Source of the DNA: Octopus vulgaris | Taxonomy: Eukaryota | Assembly (NCBI GenBank): GCA_951406725.2 | Contig: OX597823.1 | Span: forward strand, 49,724,001 to 49,788,000 | Reading direction: 5' to 3' | Length of the DNA stretch: 64,000 bases | Shown: in pieces, positions 1-12,405 of the stretch | Layout of the letters: the number at the start of each line of letters is the position of its first letter | Position numbering within the stretch: the stretch's first letter is position 1 | Position numbers and translations under genes: made by a program | Notes under the pieces: generated by a model | What the model saw: only the letters and a program-made list of their open reading frames with translations | The model's database searches: none | Told to the model about the DNA's origin: nothing

Positions 1-610
1 TGCTCGCTCTTTCTCACTCTCTCTCTCACTCACTCACTCAACTGCCGCCAGTACAACTTCACTATACTACTAATACGCTACTAGCAAAAATAACTGCTAC
101 ATTAGTAGCAGTAGTAAAGAATAGCCACTGTATTCTTTCGTGCAAGAGAACCTGAGCACTTTTTTTTTTTAAATTATTTCCTCAAAAAAAAAAAAACCGT
201 CTTCAACAACAGAGTGGTTACACACGTCCGATCAATTTGTATATAAAAAAAAAGTGTAATCGCATCGCTGTGTGGAGAGATAAGGATCTAACAAGGAAAC
301 ACTTGTTTTAAGAAAGACATGTATTCTCGGCTACTAAGTAAAAATTAATTGATTACATACCAGACTTGTTGACATGAGTTTTGTTCTTTTTTTTTTCTTT
401 AAACCTAAGCTAATTAATTAGTAGTGCTTGGCTGGTTGCTTTAGTATTCTATAACAATAACTATAGATTGTTATAACTACCTTAATGCTGGTTTGTTGTT
501 CTTTGTATATATAACTATTACACGGGCTTTTCAGTGAGACAAAATAATATCACACACAGCCGGTCGTTTTCATACAAACATTTAAAAACAAAAATAGTAA
601 TTTTACTTAC

Positions 611-860
611 CTGTCCATTGTCAATATTCGCCAATGCAGAGGATTAAGGAAAATAGTCCTGAGATGGAATGATTTACGAAAAAAAAAAATACCCCCGACC
701 CTGCCGGTAAATATCAACACCCCTTTAAAGCATGTGGGGTTGCAGGTTATAGAAAGACATGTATGTATGTATACATACATATATATATATGTATATATAT
801 ATAACTTAATCAACAAATAAAGGCGTCGCCGTCATTTTAGGGGAAGGGAGAGAACTCCAC
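611..860 (-). other. Candidate first exon (5'UTR plus ATG GAC AG, Met-Asp-Arg/Ser) of a minus-strand gene that continues off the left edge
   Basis: Minus strand reads ...ttgacaATGGACAG|GTAAGT, with ATG at 618-616 and a perfect donor at 610. A pyrimidine-rich initiator-like tract CTCTCCCTTCCCC is followed by a YY1-like AAAATGACGGCG at 838-827. The sequence is unique and CpG-enriched. Confidence 0.5.
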
Positions 861-1045
861 CCACATTGTGTAGGAAGCAGACAGTTCTACCCTGGTTAAA
901 CTAAATCTGTATCAGGCTGTTTTCTGAAAGGCTTTCACTAGAAAATTGACAGGGTACTACTTGCCGATGAAATGTGCCTACCAGTTAGCTAAAGCACAAC
1001 TATCTTCTGTATCTGTTAAGCTACACTGATGCAACTTACAAATCT
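821..1045. promoter_or_regulatory. Putative core promoter of the minus-strand gene (possibly bidirectional)
   Basis: Non-repetitive, relatively GC-rich block immediately upstream of the YY1-like motif and the candidate exon. Confidence 0.35.
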
Positions 1046-4000
1046 TACTTGAGTTATAAATTTAATTGAAATCATTTTTTTTCTTATTTTATAATATTTT
1101 TCTTGCTAATTTCCTTCTCGTTATCATTAATTTATACCAAATACGTAATAGCTAAGAAATGGGAGGAGCATAAAACAAGTACTACTTTTTTCTTCCTCCC
1201 CTTTAAATTTTTAATCAGGATATCTAATTCTCAATTAATGGTTATTTCTTTATTTCTGTTGTGTTTCTTTCTAAGCTAGTTTTTAAGATGGAGAGGTAAT
1301 AATAAAGGTGCTACCCACCACCTTTCTGGATGCTTCCATCTACTACTTAACTGTTCACATAAAACAATAATGGAATAAATATGTACCCATAAAATCTTAT
1401 CTAGTAGATAAATATTCATTTCCATATAGATACTGAAATATCCTAACACATTTTTCAATTTCTTCAAGTATTTTTACAATATATATTTCAAGTTTTTCTA
1501 CCTTTAACACCTACGCATACACACACATATATATTAAAAGAATTATTTTTAATTTAGAAGTAGAATTTCATCAATTAGAAGTATATTCACATTGAGTTAA
1601 AAACAATAACTTGGTTATAATTTGCATCTCAAGACATAAAAAAAAGCCTTTATTAAAAAAAAAAAACTTGTGAAAAAGATGTAACATTTTCAAGTTTAAA
1701 TAACTTGTTTAGTAAAGAAAGGTGACAACTTCAAGCAATATTTAGTTATATAGCTGATGTATGATTGTACATAAACCTCTATCAATCCACAAAGAATCAC
1801 ATACTGCAGGTGATTGAAAGTAATTATAATACCTTGATGTGTCTATGTGTATAGCTTGTGGTAATTTTACATTAGTTCTAAAATACTAATGAGCCTATAT
1901 TATGATAATTGTCTGTTGGTTAATATTTTTCTCTTTTCTAAAGGAATTTTTGTATGTAGTGATACTAAATTTAGTTTCCAACATAATAAATGGTAAACAG
2001 ATTTAAAGCAAATACAAAAGAGCTTGCAGACTAAATGTAAATGCTTTCATATTATAAATGGTGGGTTTGAATATTGTAAAATATTTCTGTGAATAGTATG
2101 CTTATAAAATATTTTTTAAATATTGATTTTTTAATTTTAGGTCATTGCACAAGGAAAAGAAGAACGCATGAGACTTTTACAAAGAAAAAAAATTTAGCAT
2201 CAGAAGATGGATAGAAATTTCTTATTTATTTTATGCTTTATATATTTTAATGTTTTTTTTTTTAAATATCTTCTTCATATCAATGTGAATTGTATTAAAC
2301 AGATATAGTTAATCACCAGTTTCCATGTCATGATAAGAGGATTGAAGGGGGGAAAAAAAGCCAGGAATCTCTCCGCCATCTCATTCTGCCATTGCAAAAC
2401 TGAATTATTAATTCGCCATGATTGAAAGGCTAATGAAAATTATTAACATCAGCATATAATGAACATCATTTGAATGCTATGACGAGTAAAAATCACAGCA
2501 CTAAATCTATTACATAAATATACAGGAATATTTCTAAAGTTATAACTGCTAGTTCAGTAATTTTTTCTTATTAACAGAGATGTTAAGTTTCCATTAGCTA
2601 TATCTTTAACTATAAAAAAGACGATTAGATAATATTTCAAATATGTGTTTTAAATAAACATAATAATAAAAAAAAAACATACAAGAAGAAAATCTACAAA
2701 GCATTGAATGAGGTTAAAATACATTTGTTCACCACCTACATGATTTGTATACCACCAGTATTATAACAATAAAAATGCTTTGTGCTTTCACATGTGAAAA
2801 ACATTTTAAGTTAAGATTATTATAAGACTGTATAATATCTACAAAACAATTCTCTACTGTTGGGAATATTCTTTAAGGTTATTTTTAGTCATCTTCTACA
2901 TAGACACATGCATTGACTAGTATACACAATTAATTTTCCTAGTAATTACATGCATCATTATAATTTAACTTGAAAATAATCACAAGAATCAAAGAAAACT
3001 AATGTTAGTCTGCTTCAAATATAGACAAGGCAGTAAAAGTAAAGAAGGGAGATTTGTTGCTATGCTTTGAACAGAATAAATATCTACAATTTCAAATATA
3101 GATATTCTTTATAGATTGAAGGGTTCTTCTTGGAAGGATATTTTGACTGTAATCTATAAATACAGTAAAATGATTAAAAAGTGAGAATTAAATGAGGTGA
3201 AATCTATAAATACAGATTTTACTTAATTTAATTCTCACTCTTCAATCATTTTTCTTTTCTGCACTGATTCTATAAGAACTTTAAGAACTCAATATAATTC
3301 ACACATACCATTTGATTTTATGACACTCTGTAAGTTAGAACTAAAACTTTTGATATTTCTGTCTTTCATTTCCCCTTCTGCAAATTTGAAACTTCAGACC
3401 AAGTCAAAAGAAATAGATACTTGATTTGAGCATGAAGAGCAAAGTTCAAATTCTATCAATTTATTCTGTTCTTCTGGCTTCTTTCTTTAAGAATATTAAC
3501 ATTTGAAAAGTGAATGTTAAGGAGCATAAGATAAACGCTTAAAAAAATGCTTAGGCCATAATGCAGTTTTGATTCTTGGTTACTAACGACAACAAGAAAT
3601 GCATCAATGTTAAAATAGCTCATGTGAAACAGCAGATTTAAACAAATAATCTACAGACAGATGCATTATCCACTGGGCCATTTTGCTACATTTACTGTAG
3701 AATAAAATAAATAATAAAAAGTAATGTAGATATACAAATCATTCTTGTTTGTTTCATGGTGACACAACTGATCCATAATGTCAGTGAACACTGTAGAGTA
3801 AAAGATAAGCTCTTGACATTTCAAAGAATGTATTGGTAAAATGACGAAGTGGATAAGGTACTGGACTGCTGACCCATGGGTCATGAATTCAAATATGCTG
3901 CTAGTGTTTAGTTGTGTGTTCTGGAATAAAACCATTAAATGATAGCTTGTCTCAGTTTCCTTAGTTCTTGAACTATGGAAACTATACTTTAGAAACTGTA

Positions 4001-4244
4001 CTTTAGAAATAGTTATCAATCACAGACCTCTTGACTACCAACTGCAACATAATTTAGAATTAATAAGCTGCTTTTTGCTTACATCTTTTACTAGTTTTAA
4101 GCTATTAGGTTGCTGTCATGTTGGAATGCCCACTTCCAAAGGGTTTGGTCACTCAACACAATCCCAATACTTACTTTTGAGCCTCAGCAGAGGATGAACT
4201 GCAAAGAGAGCCAGGCATAAAGGGAGGCAATCGTGATAGCTTGA

Positions 4245-4465
4245 AATAACCTTTCTATTATATAGGCACAAGGCCTGATATTTGTGGGGAGGGGGCTAGT
4301 CAGTTACATCAATCCCAGTGCTCAACTGGTGTTCATTTTATAAACCCTGAAAGGACGAAAGGTAAAGTTGACCTCGGCGGAATTTGAACTCAGAACTAAA
4401 GCAAGATGAAATGCTGCAAAGTATTTTGTCTGGAATGCTAACATTTCTACCAGCTTGCTGCCTTA
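4245..4465 (-). mobile_element. tRNA-derived SINE (family with GTTCTGAGTTCAAATTCCGCCGAGGTCGACTTTGCCTTTCATCC body)
   Basis: B-box GAGTTCAAAT. Homologous to copies at 11835, 34790, 39408, 43335, 47315, 48195, 59452 and 60628. Confidence 0.8.
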
Positions 4466-4596
4466 ACAGCTTGAAATAACAAAAGGGCTTGCTGTTTGAT
4501 ACAAATTTTTTGCCTTCCCAAACCATGATATACCTGTATGTGTATATATAAATGTGTGTGCATGTGTTTGTCAGAGTGTGTATTGTACAGTATATT

Positions 4597-4831
4597 CAGG
4601 GTGGCCCAAATGTAAGTTTACAGTTATTCAACTATCTCTTTCGCATTCATATATTAACAGTTTAGATCTTATTTATAAAAATATATGGAACCATTATTCT
4701 ATGCTAATTTAGTTAATTTTGTCAAGCTCCCTTTTCAGTTTGTAAGATAGAATTTTATTTGTAATAAAATATTTTAAAAGAAATTTAAAGTGCCTACTTG
4801 ATAACTGTAAACCTACTTTTGGGCCACTCAG
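4597..4831. mobile_element. Tc1/mariner-derived MITE
   Basis: TIRs CAGGGTGGCCCAAAtGTAaGTTTACAGTTAT / ATAACTGTAAACCTACTTTTGGGCCACTCAG with TA flanks. A second copy lies at 45003-45215. Confidence 0.8.
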
Positions 4832-5151
4832 TAAATATATATATCATCTTTATCATTCAACATCTCTTTTCTATGCTGGCATGGGTAAGACGGTTTGACT
4901 AGGACTGGTAAGCCAGAGCTTCACCAGGCTCCAGTCGTCCATCTTGGCTTGGTTTCTATGACTGGATGCCCTTCCTTATGCCAACAACTTTCAAGAGTGT
5001 ACTGGGTGCCTTTTACATATCACTGGCAATAACCACAATTCACTTAGCTTGACATTTCTTCTCAAGTACAGCAAATCACCACACACACACACACACACAC
5101 AATTCAAATAATAAGGAGACAAAGAAATTCTTTATCTCATCTTTAATAATT

Positions 5152-5268
5152 CATTACAATTGTTTCAGTACCAACTCTGCTTGCAATGCCAGTTTACACA
5201 AAAATCCAAAGTGGAAATTTATGTAATGTTTGTGGTTATAGACATTAGAGTGGCACTTCATCAGATTT
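5152..5268 (-). ncRNA. Type I hammerhead ribozyme motif in a Penelope-like fragment (5101-5285)
   Basis: Minus strand: CTGATGA, stem II AGTGCCA-CTCT...AGAG-T-TGGTACT, GAAA, palindromic stem III ACAATTGT, GUA cleavage triplet. Stem I is weak. Confidence 0.65.
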
Positions 5269-5864
5269 GCATCAAAGGTGAACCTTTATATATATATATA
5301 TGTGTGTGTGTGTATGTATATATATGTATATATACATATACATATATGTATATATATATATGTAGGTATATATATATATAAATATATATATACATACATA
5401 AATACACACACACACACATATATATATGTACATATATACATACGTACATACATACATACATATGTACATACATACATACAAACAAACATACATACATACA
5501 TACATACATGTATATATCACAATCAACGTTATTCAGTGTCTGTTTTTCAAGGATCGGATGGTCTGACAGGGTCTGGTGAACAATAGGCCTGCATTGAGTT
5601 CTAATGTTGGCCTCATCATGGTTTCTATGGTTAGATGCCTTTTCTAATGCCAACTACTTTATAGTGTGTATTGTTTGCTTTTTTTTTTTTTATACCACTG
5701 GCATTAGTGAATTTGCCTACTAACTTTCAAGACAGAAAAAGACAAGGTGAAAGAAAAAAGCTCCCCTTCACTAATTGGGAGGAATATCTGAGTGCTGGAA
5801 GTGGCTTTATGCCAGGTGTTGGGAGGCTAAAGTATGATAAAGGGAATATTTATGTATGTATGTA

Positions 5865-6275
5865 TCTATACTCTTTTACTTGTTTCAGTCATGTGACCTT
5901 GGCCATGCTAGAGCACCGCATTTAGTCGAGCAAATCGACCCCAGGACTTATTCTTTGTAAGCCTAGTACTTATTCTATCGGTGTCTTTTGCCGAACCACT
6001 AAGTTACAGGGACGTAAACACACCAGCATCGGTTATCAAGCGATGTTGGAGGTACAAACACAGACACACAAACATATACACACACATACATATATACAAA
6101 TATATACATATACACAACAAGCTTCTTTAAGTTTCCGTCTACCAAATCCACTCACAAGGCTTTGGCCAGCCCAAGGCTATAGTAGAAGACACTTGCCCAA
6201 GGTGCCACACAGTGTGACTGAACAGGGAACCATGTGGTTTGTAAGTAAGCTACTTACCACGCAGCCACTCCTATG
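5865..6275 (-). mobile_element. tRNA-derived CORE-type SINE with an internal (TA)n/(TG)n microsatellite
   Basis: Head AGGAGTGGCTGCGTGGTAAGTAGC...GGTTCC, core CCTTGGGCAAGTGTC, tail GACTGAAACAAGTAAAAGAG. Many copies occur in the window. Confidence 0.85.
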
Positions 6276-6321
6276 CCTATATATATTTATATATATATAT
6301 ATATGTACATATATATATATA

Positions 6322-6623
6322 TGACGTGATCACACGACTGACTAGGCTATCAGATGTTGCTACGCATCGCTGGTCACAATGCGCTTCGCATTGTTTTAGC
6401 CTTCAAATGACACCACCCTACTGGATAAGCAAGCAGGCCTACAGAAGAAAGAGTGAGAGAAAGTTATGGTGAAAGAGTACAGCAAAGATCGCCACCACCC
6501 CCTGCCGGAGCCTCGTGGAGCTTTAGGTGTTTTAGCTCAATAAACACTAACAATGCCCGATCTGGGAATCGAAACCGTGATCCTACGACCACTGCCCTAA
6601 CCACTGAGCCATTGCGCCTCCAC
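6322..6623 (-). mobile_element. tRNA-derived SINE (GTGGAGGCGCAATGGCTCAGTGGTTAG head)
   Basis: A-box and B-box present. Related to the copy at 56312-56625. Confidence 0.75.
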
Positions 6624-6884
6624 AAACACATATATATATGTATGTATGTCTATATGTATGCATGCATTTATGTATATGCATATAGTGAAGGCAAATGGCT
6701 TAGTGATTAAGGGTACATGTGTCTGTAACTCTTACCACCCTCACATCATACCATCCAAGGGACATAGCTCCTAACCTAATCCCCTGGCCCTTTTTTGTTT
6801 CACCACCTTTTCCCCAGCAGCCACTGACCAGTTGTGTTAATCCACCTCCAACAATAGAGAGCAGTTACTATATTCCCTTTCATA

Positions 6885-6980
6885 TCAACTAACTCTGATG
6901 AGTGAAAGGTTGTATAATCAGATTGTTGCCTAACACTCCATGGTATCCGTTGCATGAAACCGATTGGTTAAGATCAGCTA
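6885..6980 (+). ncRNA. Degenerate hammerhead ribozyme motif (Penelope-like fragment ~6715-7010)
   Basis: CTGATGA at 6895, imperfect stem II GTGaAAGG...CCGTTGCAT, GAAA at 6956, stem III ACC-GATT-GGT followed by T. Confidence 0.5.
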
Positions 6981-7027
6981 TGATGGATATATAATGCCAT
7001 ACATTTCAGATAATATATATATATATA

Positions 7028-7733
7028 CTAGCAGTTATACCCGTTGTTCATCGGATAATTACTTTTACTCTTTCTCAGGAGTCACATTCAAAGTATTATT
7101 ATATATATAATAGATTTCTCAATGGGGATTTCAGGGAAGAGTTTCAGGGAGTCGCTGGCGATGTATCGTGATGATCAAAAATCCAGCCTACTAAAATTTG
7201 GTTAAAGTGATTCAAACTGCAAACTCAACGCAAAATGGTCACATTTAATTCAAAGCGTTAAAAATGTTATGAAAACAATTGGTATGTTTTCACAAAGTCC
7301 AAACGATTAATACGAAAAAACCCTCCAGGCTACATCCCGAAAATTCATTTCGTTGCCGAATTTCTACAATGTTTACGGCGATTCGTTTTTATATCTTGAT
7401 TTTTTATTTTTCATGCAATTTACGCATGCTTGCACGCGTGGTGAACACAGTTCACGTCAAGCAGCTGACTGAGTTCACTATTTAATGCATAGTTCACTAT
7501 TCAATGCATGGGATAAGGCCTAAACAAACACATTATCGATTTTTGCACTTGTGAGATGAATTTCGGAACAGAAATAGCACAGTTCAATTTTTGTTCACCT
7601 AAACTTTAAGTGACCCATTTTTGGTGGTTCTACAATTTGTTGGCTAGGAGGAAATGTGCCGGGAAGTTAAACACACAGACACACACACAGATACACACAC
7701 AGACACACAAGTTGAGTTATATATATATATAGA
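7028..7733 (-). mobile_element. Non-autonomous Helitron
   Basis: Minus strand starts TC..., has a 5' (TG)n-rich tract, a 3' hairpin ATCCG..CGGGT and a terminal CTAG. Inserted in (TA)n. Confidence 0.7.
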
Positions 7734-7744
7734 TATATATATAT

Positions 7745-8755
7745 CTTGTCCTCTGTACCATATGTCTCCATCTCTATCTCCTTCTTATCAAAGGCTTCAT
7801 TAAGAACACCTCAAAATTTCTATCCTTTTGATGGATCCAAAGGATTCAAAGCTCGTTATGACCTGCCAGTACAGCTGCTGCTGCTGCTGGATGCTGGATC
7901 ATATCTATATAATCATTCATATAATATTTTATGCAATGGTATGATATAGAAAACTCATATATATATATATGGGTTGGAAGCAATGGCAGTTTAGGTGGCT
8001 TAGGTATTCTTTTAGCAGAGAAATGGGTGGGCAATGGGATTGAGGTAGTCAGGATGTATGATAGAATTATTAAGCTAAGATTAGAAATGTTTAATGTAAC
8101 AGTGTCCTTTATTTCTGCATATGCTCTACATGCAGACTCACAGATATTCAGGAAGAAACAGGGACAAACATGTGCTTGTGAATGCAAAGTCTTTCCCTGG
8201 TAAAGAATGTACAACTCAACATAGGTTAGTGGTTAGGGATTTCAGACTTTAGACAAGAAGGATCCCTAGACACAAACCGATATGGAAAAGGAGGTTATGG
8301 AAACTCAAGGATTTTTCAAATGGGCAGAGATTTAGAGATATTCTTAATGAAGCCTTTGATGAGAAGGAAGTACAGATGAAGATATGTGGCATAACGAACA
8401 TCTGGAAGTTCTTATGGGATAATCCACTGAAGACAACAGACCAAGTCTGTGATTGGAGCAAAGCTCAAGGGTGATGTGGTGGTGGAACAATGAGGTTTAC
8501 AGGGTCATAAAGGAGAAGAGACAGACTTGGAATGAATGGAAGAGTGGGGACAGTAAAGAACCATATCAGATAGCTAAAAGAGAAGCTAGGCATCAGGTAA
8601 ATCTAGCTAGGACAGAATTAGAAAGGAAGAGGTTTGTCAATGTCTTAGGGCATAAAAACAGAGACTTCATGTGTTCCAGATTGCCAGATAGTGTGTTAGA
8701 GAGAATCAAGATGTTGTGTATGAGTGGATCAAGAAGCTTAAAAGTGGCCAGATAA
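7745..8755 (+). mobile_element. Degenerate RTE-clade LINE fragment (APE endonuclease plus linker), with a short inverted piece at 7745-7870
   Basis: Peptides GGLGILLAEKWV..VVRMYDRIIKLRL..ISAYA and WWWNNEV.RVIKEKRQTWNEWK..YQIAKREAR, with frameshifts. Confidence 0.75.
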
Positions 8756-8984
8756 GCATGACATTTAGAGGGAGCAGGACACCCATCAATTAATCAATTT
8801 CTACCACTGTAAAGCCAGAAAGAAAAATGGCATGACCAGATTCAAACTTCAATCACATGACCCCAATAGTACCAATTATAAGCACGCATGCACAGAAGGC
8901 AGTGTGACAATGATAAAGATATATTATGGTGAAAGAGCAGATAATTTTTGACTTTCCCTTGTATATATATATATATATATATAT

Positions 8985-10060
8985 CATCATCATCATCATC
9001 ATCATCATCGTTTAACGTCCGTTCTCCATGCTAGTATGGGTTGGACAGTTCGACCGGGGATCTGGGAAGCCAGAAGGCTGCACCAGGCTCCAGTCTTATC
9101 TGGCAATGTTTCTACAGCTGGATGCCCTTCCTAACACCAACCACTCCGTGAGTGTAGTGGGTGCTTTTTACGTGCCACCTGCACAGGTGCCAGGCGAGGC
9201 TGGCAACGGCCACAGTCGGATTGGTGCATTATCATCATCATCGTTTAACGTCCGCCTTCCATGCTAGCATGGGTTGGACGATTTTGACTGAGAGCTGGTG
9301 AACCAGATGGCTGCACCAGGCTCCAATCTTGATCTGGCAGAGTTTCTATAGCTGGATGCCCTTCCTAACGCCAACCACTCCGAGAGTGTAGTGGGTGCTT
9401 TTTATGTGCCACCAGCACGGGGGCCAGTCAGGCGGTACTGGCAATGACCTCGCTTGAATCTTTTTACTCATGCCACCAGCACAGGTGCCAGTGAAGTGAC
9501 GTTGGTAACGATCACGCTCAAATGGTGCCCTTTTACGTGCCACGGGTACGGAAGCCAGTTAGCTGCTCTAGCAACGATCACACTCGGATGGTGCTCTTGG
9601 CACCCTACTAGCACAGGCACAAGTGCCAGTAAGGCGTCGCTGGTAATGATTATATTCGAATGGTGCCCTTTTATGTGCCACATCACGGAAGCCGGTTAGC
9701 TGTTCTGTCAACGATCACACTCGGATGGTGCTCTTTGCCCCCCCCCCCAAGCATGGATGCCAGTCATCGAATTGATTTTGATTTCACTTGCCTCAACAGA
9801 TCTTCGCAAGCAGAGTTTAGTGACCAAAGAAGTAAAAGGTACACATAAGCGGGCTGGTTATGCTCCTGGCATAGGCCACAGGTTATGGTCTCATTTGGCT
9901 TGCCAGGTCTTCTCAAGCACAGCGTATTTCCAAAAGTCTCGGTCGCTAATCATTTCCTTGGTGAGACCTAATGTTCAAAGGTCGTGCTTCACCACTTCAT
10001 CCCAGGTCTTCCTGGGTCTACCTCTTCCACAGGTTCCCTCAACCGCTAGGGTGTGGCACT
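8985..10060 (-). mobile_element. 3' end of RTE LINE with duplicated (GAT)n-tailed 3'UTR and internal ~60-bp tandem repeats
   Basis: Minus-strand peptide [41 protein letters not shown]. Two (CAT)n CGTTTAACGTCC tails at ~8985 and ~9230. Confidence 0.8.
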
Positions 10061-10177
10061 ATATATATACTGTATATATATATATATATTTATGTATATA
10101 AATATACATATATATGTATATGCATATATATATATATGCATATATATATATATGTATGTATGTATATGTGTATATAT

Positions 10178-10209
<32 letters not shown>

Positions 10210-10218
10210 GTATATGAG

Positions 10219-10264
<46 letters not shown>

Positions 10265-10455
10265 CACCCTTATTATTTAATTTTAGATATCTGTGTTCTC
10301 TAGCCAGTTAATTCACTGCAGTTAGTTTTTGGCTTGGTGCACTAGTACTAGGACATTTGAATCGAAGTTACCATACATAATAGTGGAACTCTATGCACAT
10401 GTATCCTCTCATGGAGATGGGTGGTGTGTAGTTCCATTTTTATGTATCAGCACTG

Positions 10456-10518
10456 ATTTCACTGAAGAACCACAGACAAAAATTAAATTGTTTATGGCAA
10501 AACCTTAAGGTATGGAAT
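10456..10518 (+). ncRNA. Hammerhead ribozyme motif (G12A mutant) in Penelope-like element ~10265-10745
   Basis: Stem I ATTTCA/TGGAAT, CTGAAGA, stem II CCACAGAC/GTTTATGG, AAAA in place of GAAA, stem III ACC-TTAA-GGT, GUA site. The element is flanked by (TA)n, and a related inverted fragment lies at ~15070-15290. Confidence 0.65.
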
Positions 10519-10743
10519 TAAGTGCTACACTTATTTCTTTTCATTTATCTAGCTTACAAACTTGAGAACACATTTTTCATGGTAGGATGGTTTGACATCT
10601 ATTTTAGTATACAAGGGATCCACTTGGTGGTTTCTCCTCTTATTAATATTTATATATAATTCAGTCCTCAGAGGTTCTTTTTACGTAGGCTGACCACTGG
10701 TTCAAATTGGTATTATTTAATAATATTAATTTCTACTCTTATA

Positions 10744-10799
<56 letters not shown>

Positions 10800-10814
10800 A
10801 TGTACACATACACA

Positions 10815-10858
<44 letters not shown>

Positions 10859-11289
10859 GAGGCATCTTTCAGTTTCCATCTATCCATCTACCAAAGGGAC
10901 CAAACATAAAAAGCATGTGGTTGGGAAGTATCCCAACCACATGGCTTTATGTTCAGTCCCACCATGTAGCCCCTAGGGCAAGAGTCTTCTACAATAACTT
11001 TTCAACCACACAGCCCCCACCTATGCCTGTATTCAAAGAGGGCGATTAATTGCTGTTTTTAGTTCTGGAATACTGTCAAACAGTGTAAGATTCAAACAGT
11101 TTGAAAATAAAATGCTGGATTTGGAAACAGCTGTTTTACAGCAAACCAGAACTTAGATTTTTAAAAATGCTAGCATTTATATTAGGATATCATAGTAAAT
11201 ACTCCAACCATTGTAATGGAGGTCACCAATCAAGAACCTATTTTAACAGCTGCTTCATAGAATTAGAGACTTTTTAAGGGGTAGCTGTT

Positions 11290-11730
11290 GACATGACCAT
11301 GGAAAATTATTGAGCAAGAGATGCTTTATGTCACAAGTGTGAGAGGGTAAAACAAAATAGACCATTCTTCTCGGGTGTGCAAATCACATAATGAACTCAC
11401 CGGACGCCATTATAAACTAGGCAATAAGCCAATATGCAACACATTAACTTCTTCAACTATATTAATTTTTTCCACTTGTACACTCGTTGACATTGTAATT
11501 AACAATCAATCAATGCAAGCTTTAGTTGACAGTGGAAGTACTGACAACTTTATCAAAGTTAATAGCCGACTGGTTTAGTCATTAAATCATTCAGAGGCAA
11601 CATTGTGATGGCATCAATGCAGCTTAGTTTGAAAATTATGGAAATATGCAAAGTTAATATTCGATATGCTGAAAATTTGTACAAACAGCAGACACTGTTT
11701 AGATTTTATACTTGGAGAGATTTTCGTGTC
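11290..11730 (+). mobile_element. Ty3/gypsy gag zinc-knuckle plus aspartic protease remnant
   Basis: ARDALCHKC..(frameshift)..HSSRVCKS knuckle and LVDIVINNQSMQALVDSGSTDNFI protease active-site motif. Confidence 0.8.
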
Positions 11731-11834
11731 TCAGTATTTTCAAATGACATTGAACGTTAATGACCCCGAAGACCTTTAAGTGGTCATAGAAATGAGTAAA
11801 ACAGTAGGGAGCACAGCTTGTAGTCCCAAATAAT

Positions 11835-12045
11835 TCTTTCTACAATAGGCTCAGTGCCTGAAATATTTTTGGAGTGGGCTTAGTCAATTTCATCGAACAC
11901 AGTTTTTAACTGGTACTTATTTTATCAACACTGAAAGGATGAAAGGCAAAGTCAATGTTGGCAGAATTAGAATTCAGAATGTAAGGACAAATGAAATGCC
12001 TCTAAACACTTGTCCTGCATGCTAATGATTCTGCCAGTTCACGAC
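11835..12045 (-). mobile_element. tRNA-derived SINE, older copy
   Basis: Homology to 4245-4465. Confidence 0.7.
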
Positions 12046-12124
12046 CATTGTAGAAACAAATGATGGAAACCACAAACAATATTTTGCTATTGACAATATT
12101 TACTTTAGCTTGTATATAATCAAC

Positions 12125-12405
12125 TACATCATCATCACCATCATCATCATCATTTATTGTCCATTTTCCATGCTGGCATGAGTTGGACAGTTTCACAGGA
12201 AGGGCCAAACTGGAGAGCTGCCCTAGGCTTCAACTGTGTTTCGGTATGGTTTCTACTGCTGGATGCCTTTCCTAATGTCAACCACTTTACAGAGTGCATT
12301 GGATGCCGTGTATGTGGCACCAGGACTTTTATACATGACACCAGTGCAGGTGCATTTTCATGGCACCAGCATGGATGCTTTTTACATGGTACCAGCACCA
12401 GTGAT
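12125..12405 (-). mobile_element. (GAT)n-tailed RTE-type 3'UTR/SINE fragment
   Basis: Same CCATGCTGGCATG...CTGGATGCCCTTCCTAA body as 8985. Other copies at ~4845, 17040, 25160, 27860, 36850, 37975, 57310 and 58070. Confidence 0.7.

Noticed and set aside
361-375. Minus-strand mini exon ATG TCA ACA AGT CTG|GTATGT
   Set aside because: It is phase 0, inconsistent with the two phase-2 candidates, and too short to distinguish from chance.
604-620. TACTTACCTG resembling the U1 snRNA 5' end (also at 49964)
   Set aside because: The downstream sequence is not U1-like. It is better read as a minus-strand splice donor.
840-1045. Telomerase RNA candidate (GCTGTTTTCT..CTTTCA..GAAAA, terminal ACA)
   Set aside because: There is no CTAACCCT-type template nearby and no recognisable CR4/5.
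2141-2197. Plus-strand terminal exon VIAQGKEERMRLLQRKKI* after TTTTAG
   Set aside because: The acceptor is good, but no upstream coding exon or homology is evident. It cannot be supported without transcripts.
9400-9740. CRISPR-like spaced repeats (AACGATCACrCTC..GGTGC)
   Set aside because: The spacers are themselves homologous, there are no cas genes, and the block is a tandem repeat inside an RTE 3'UTR also seen at 50880-51170.
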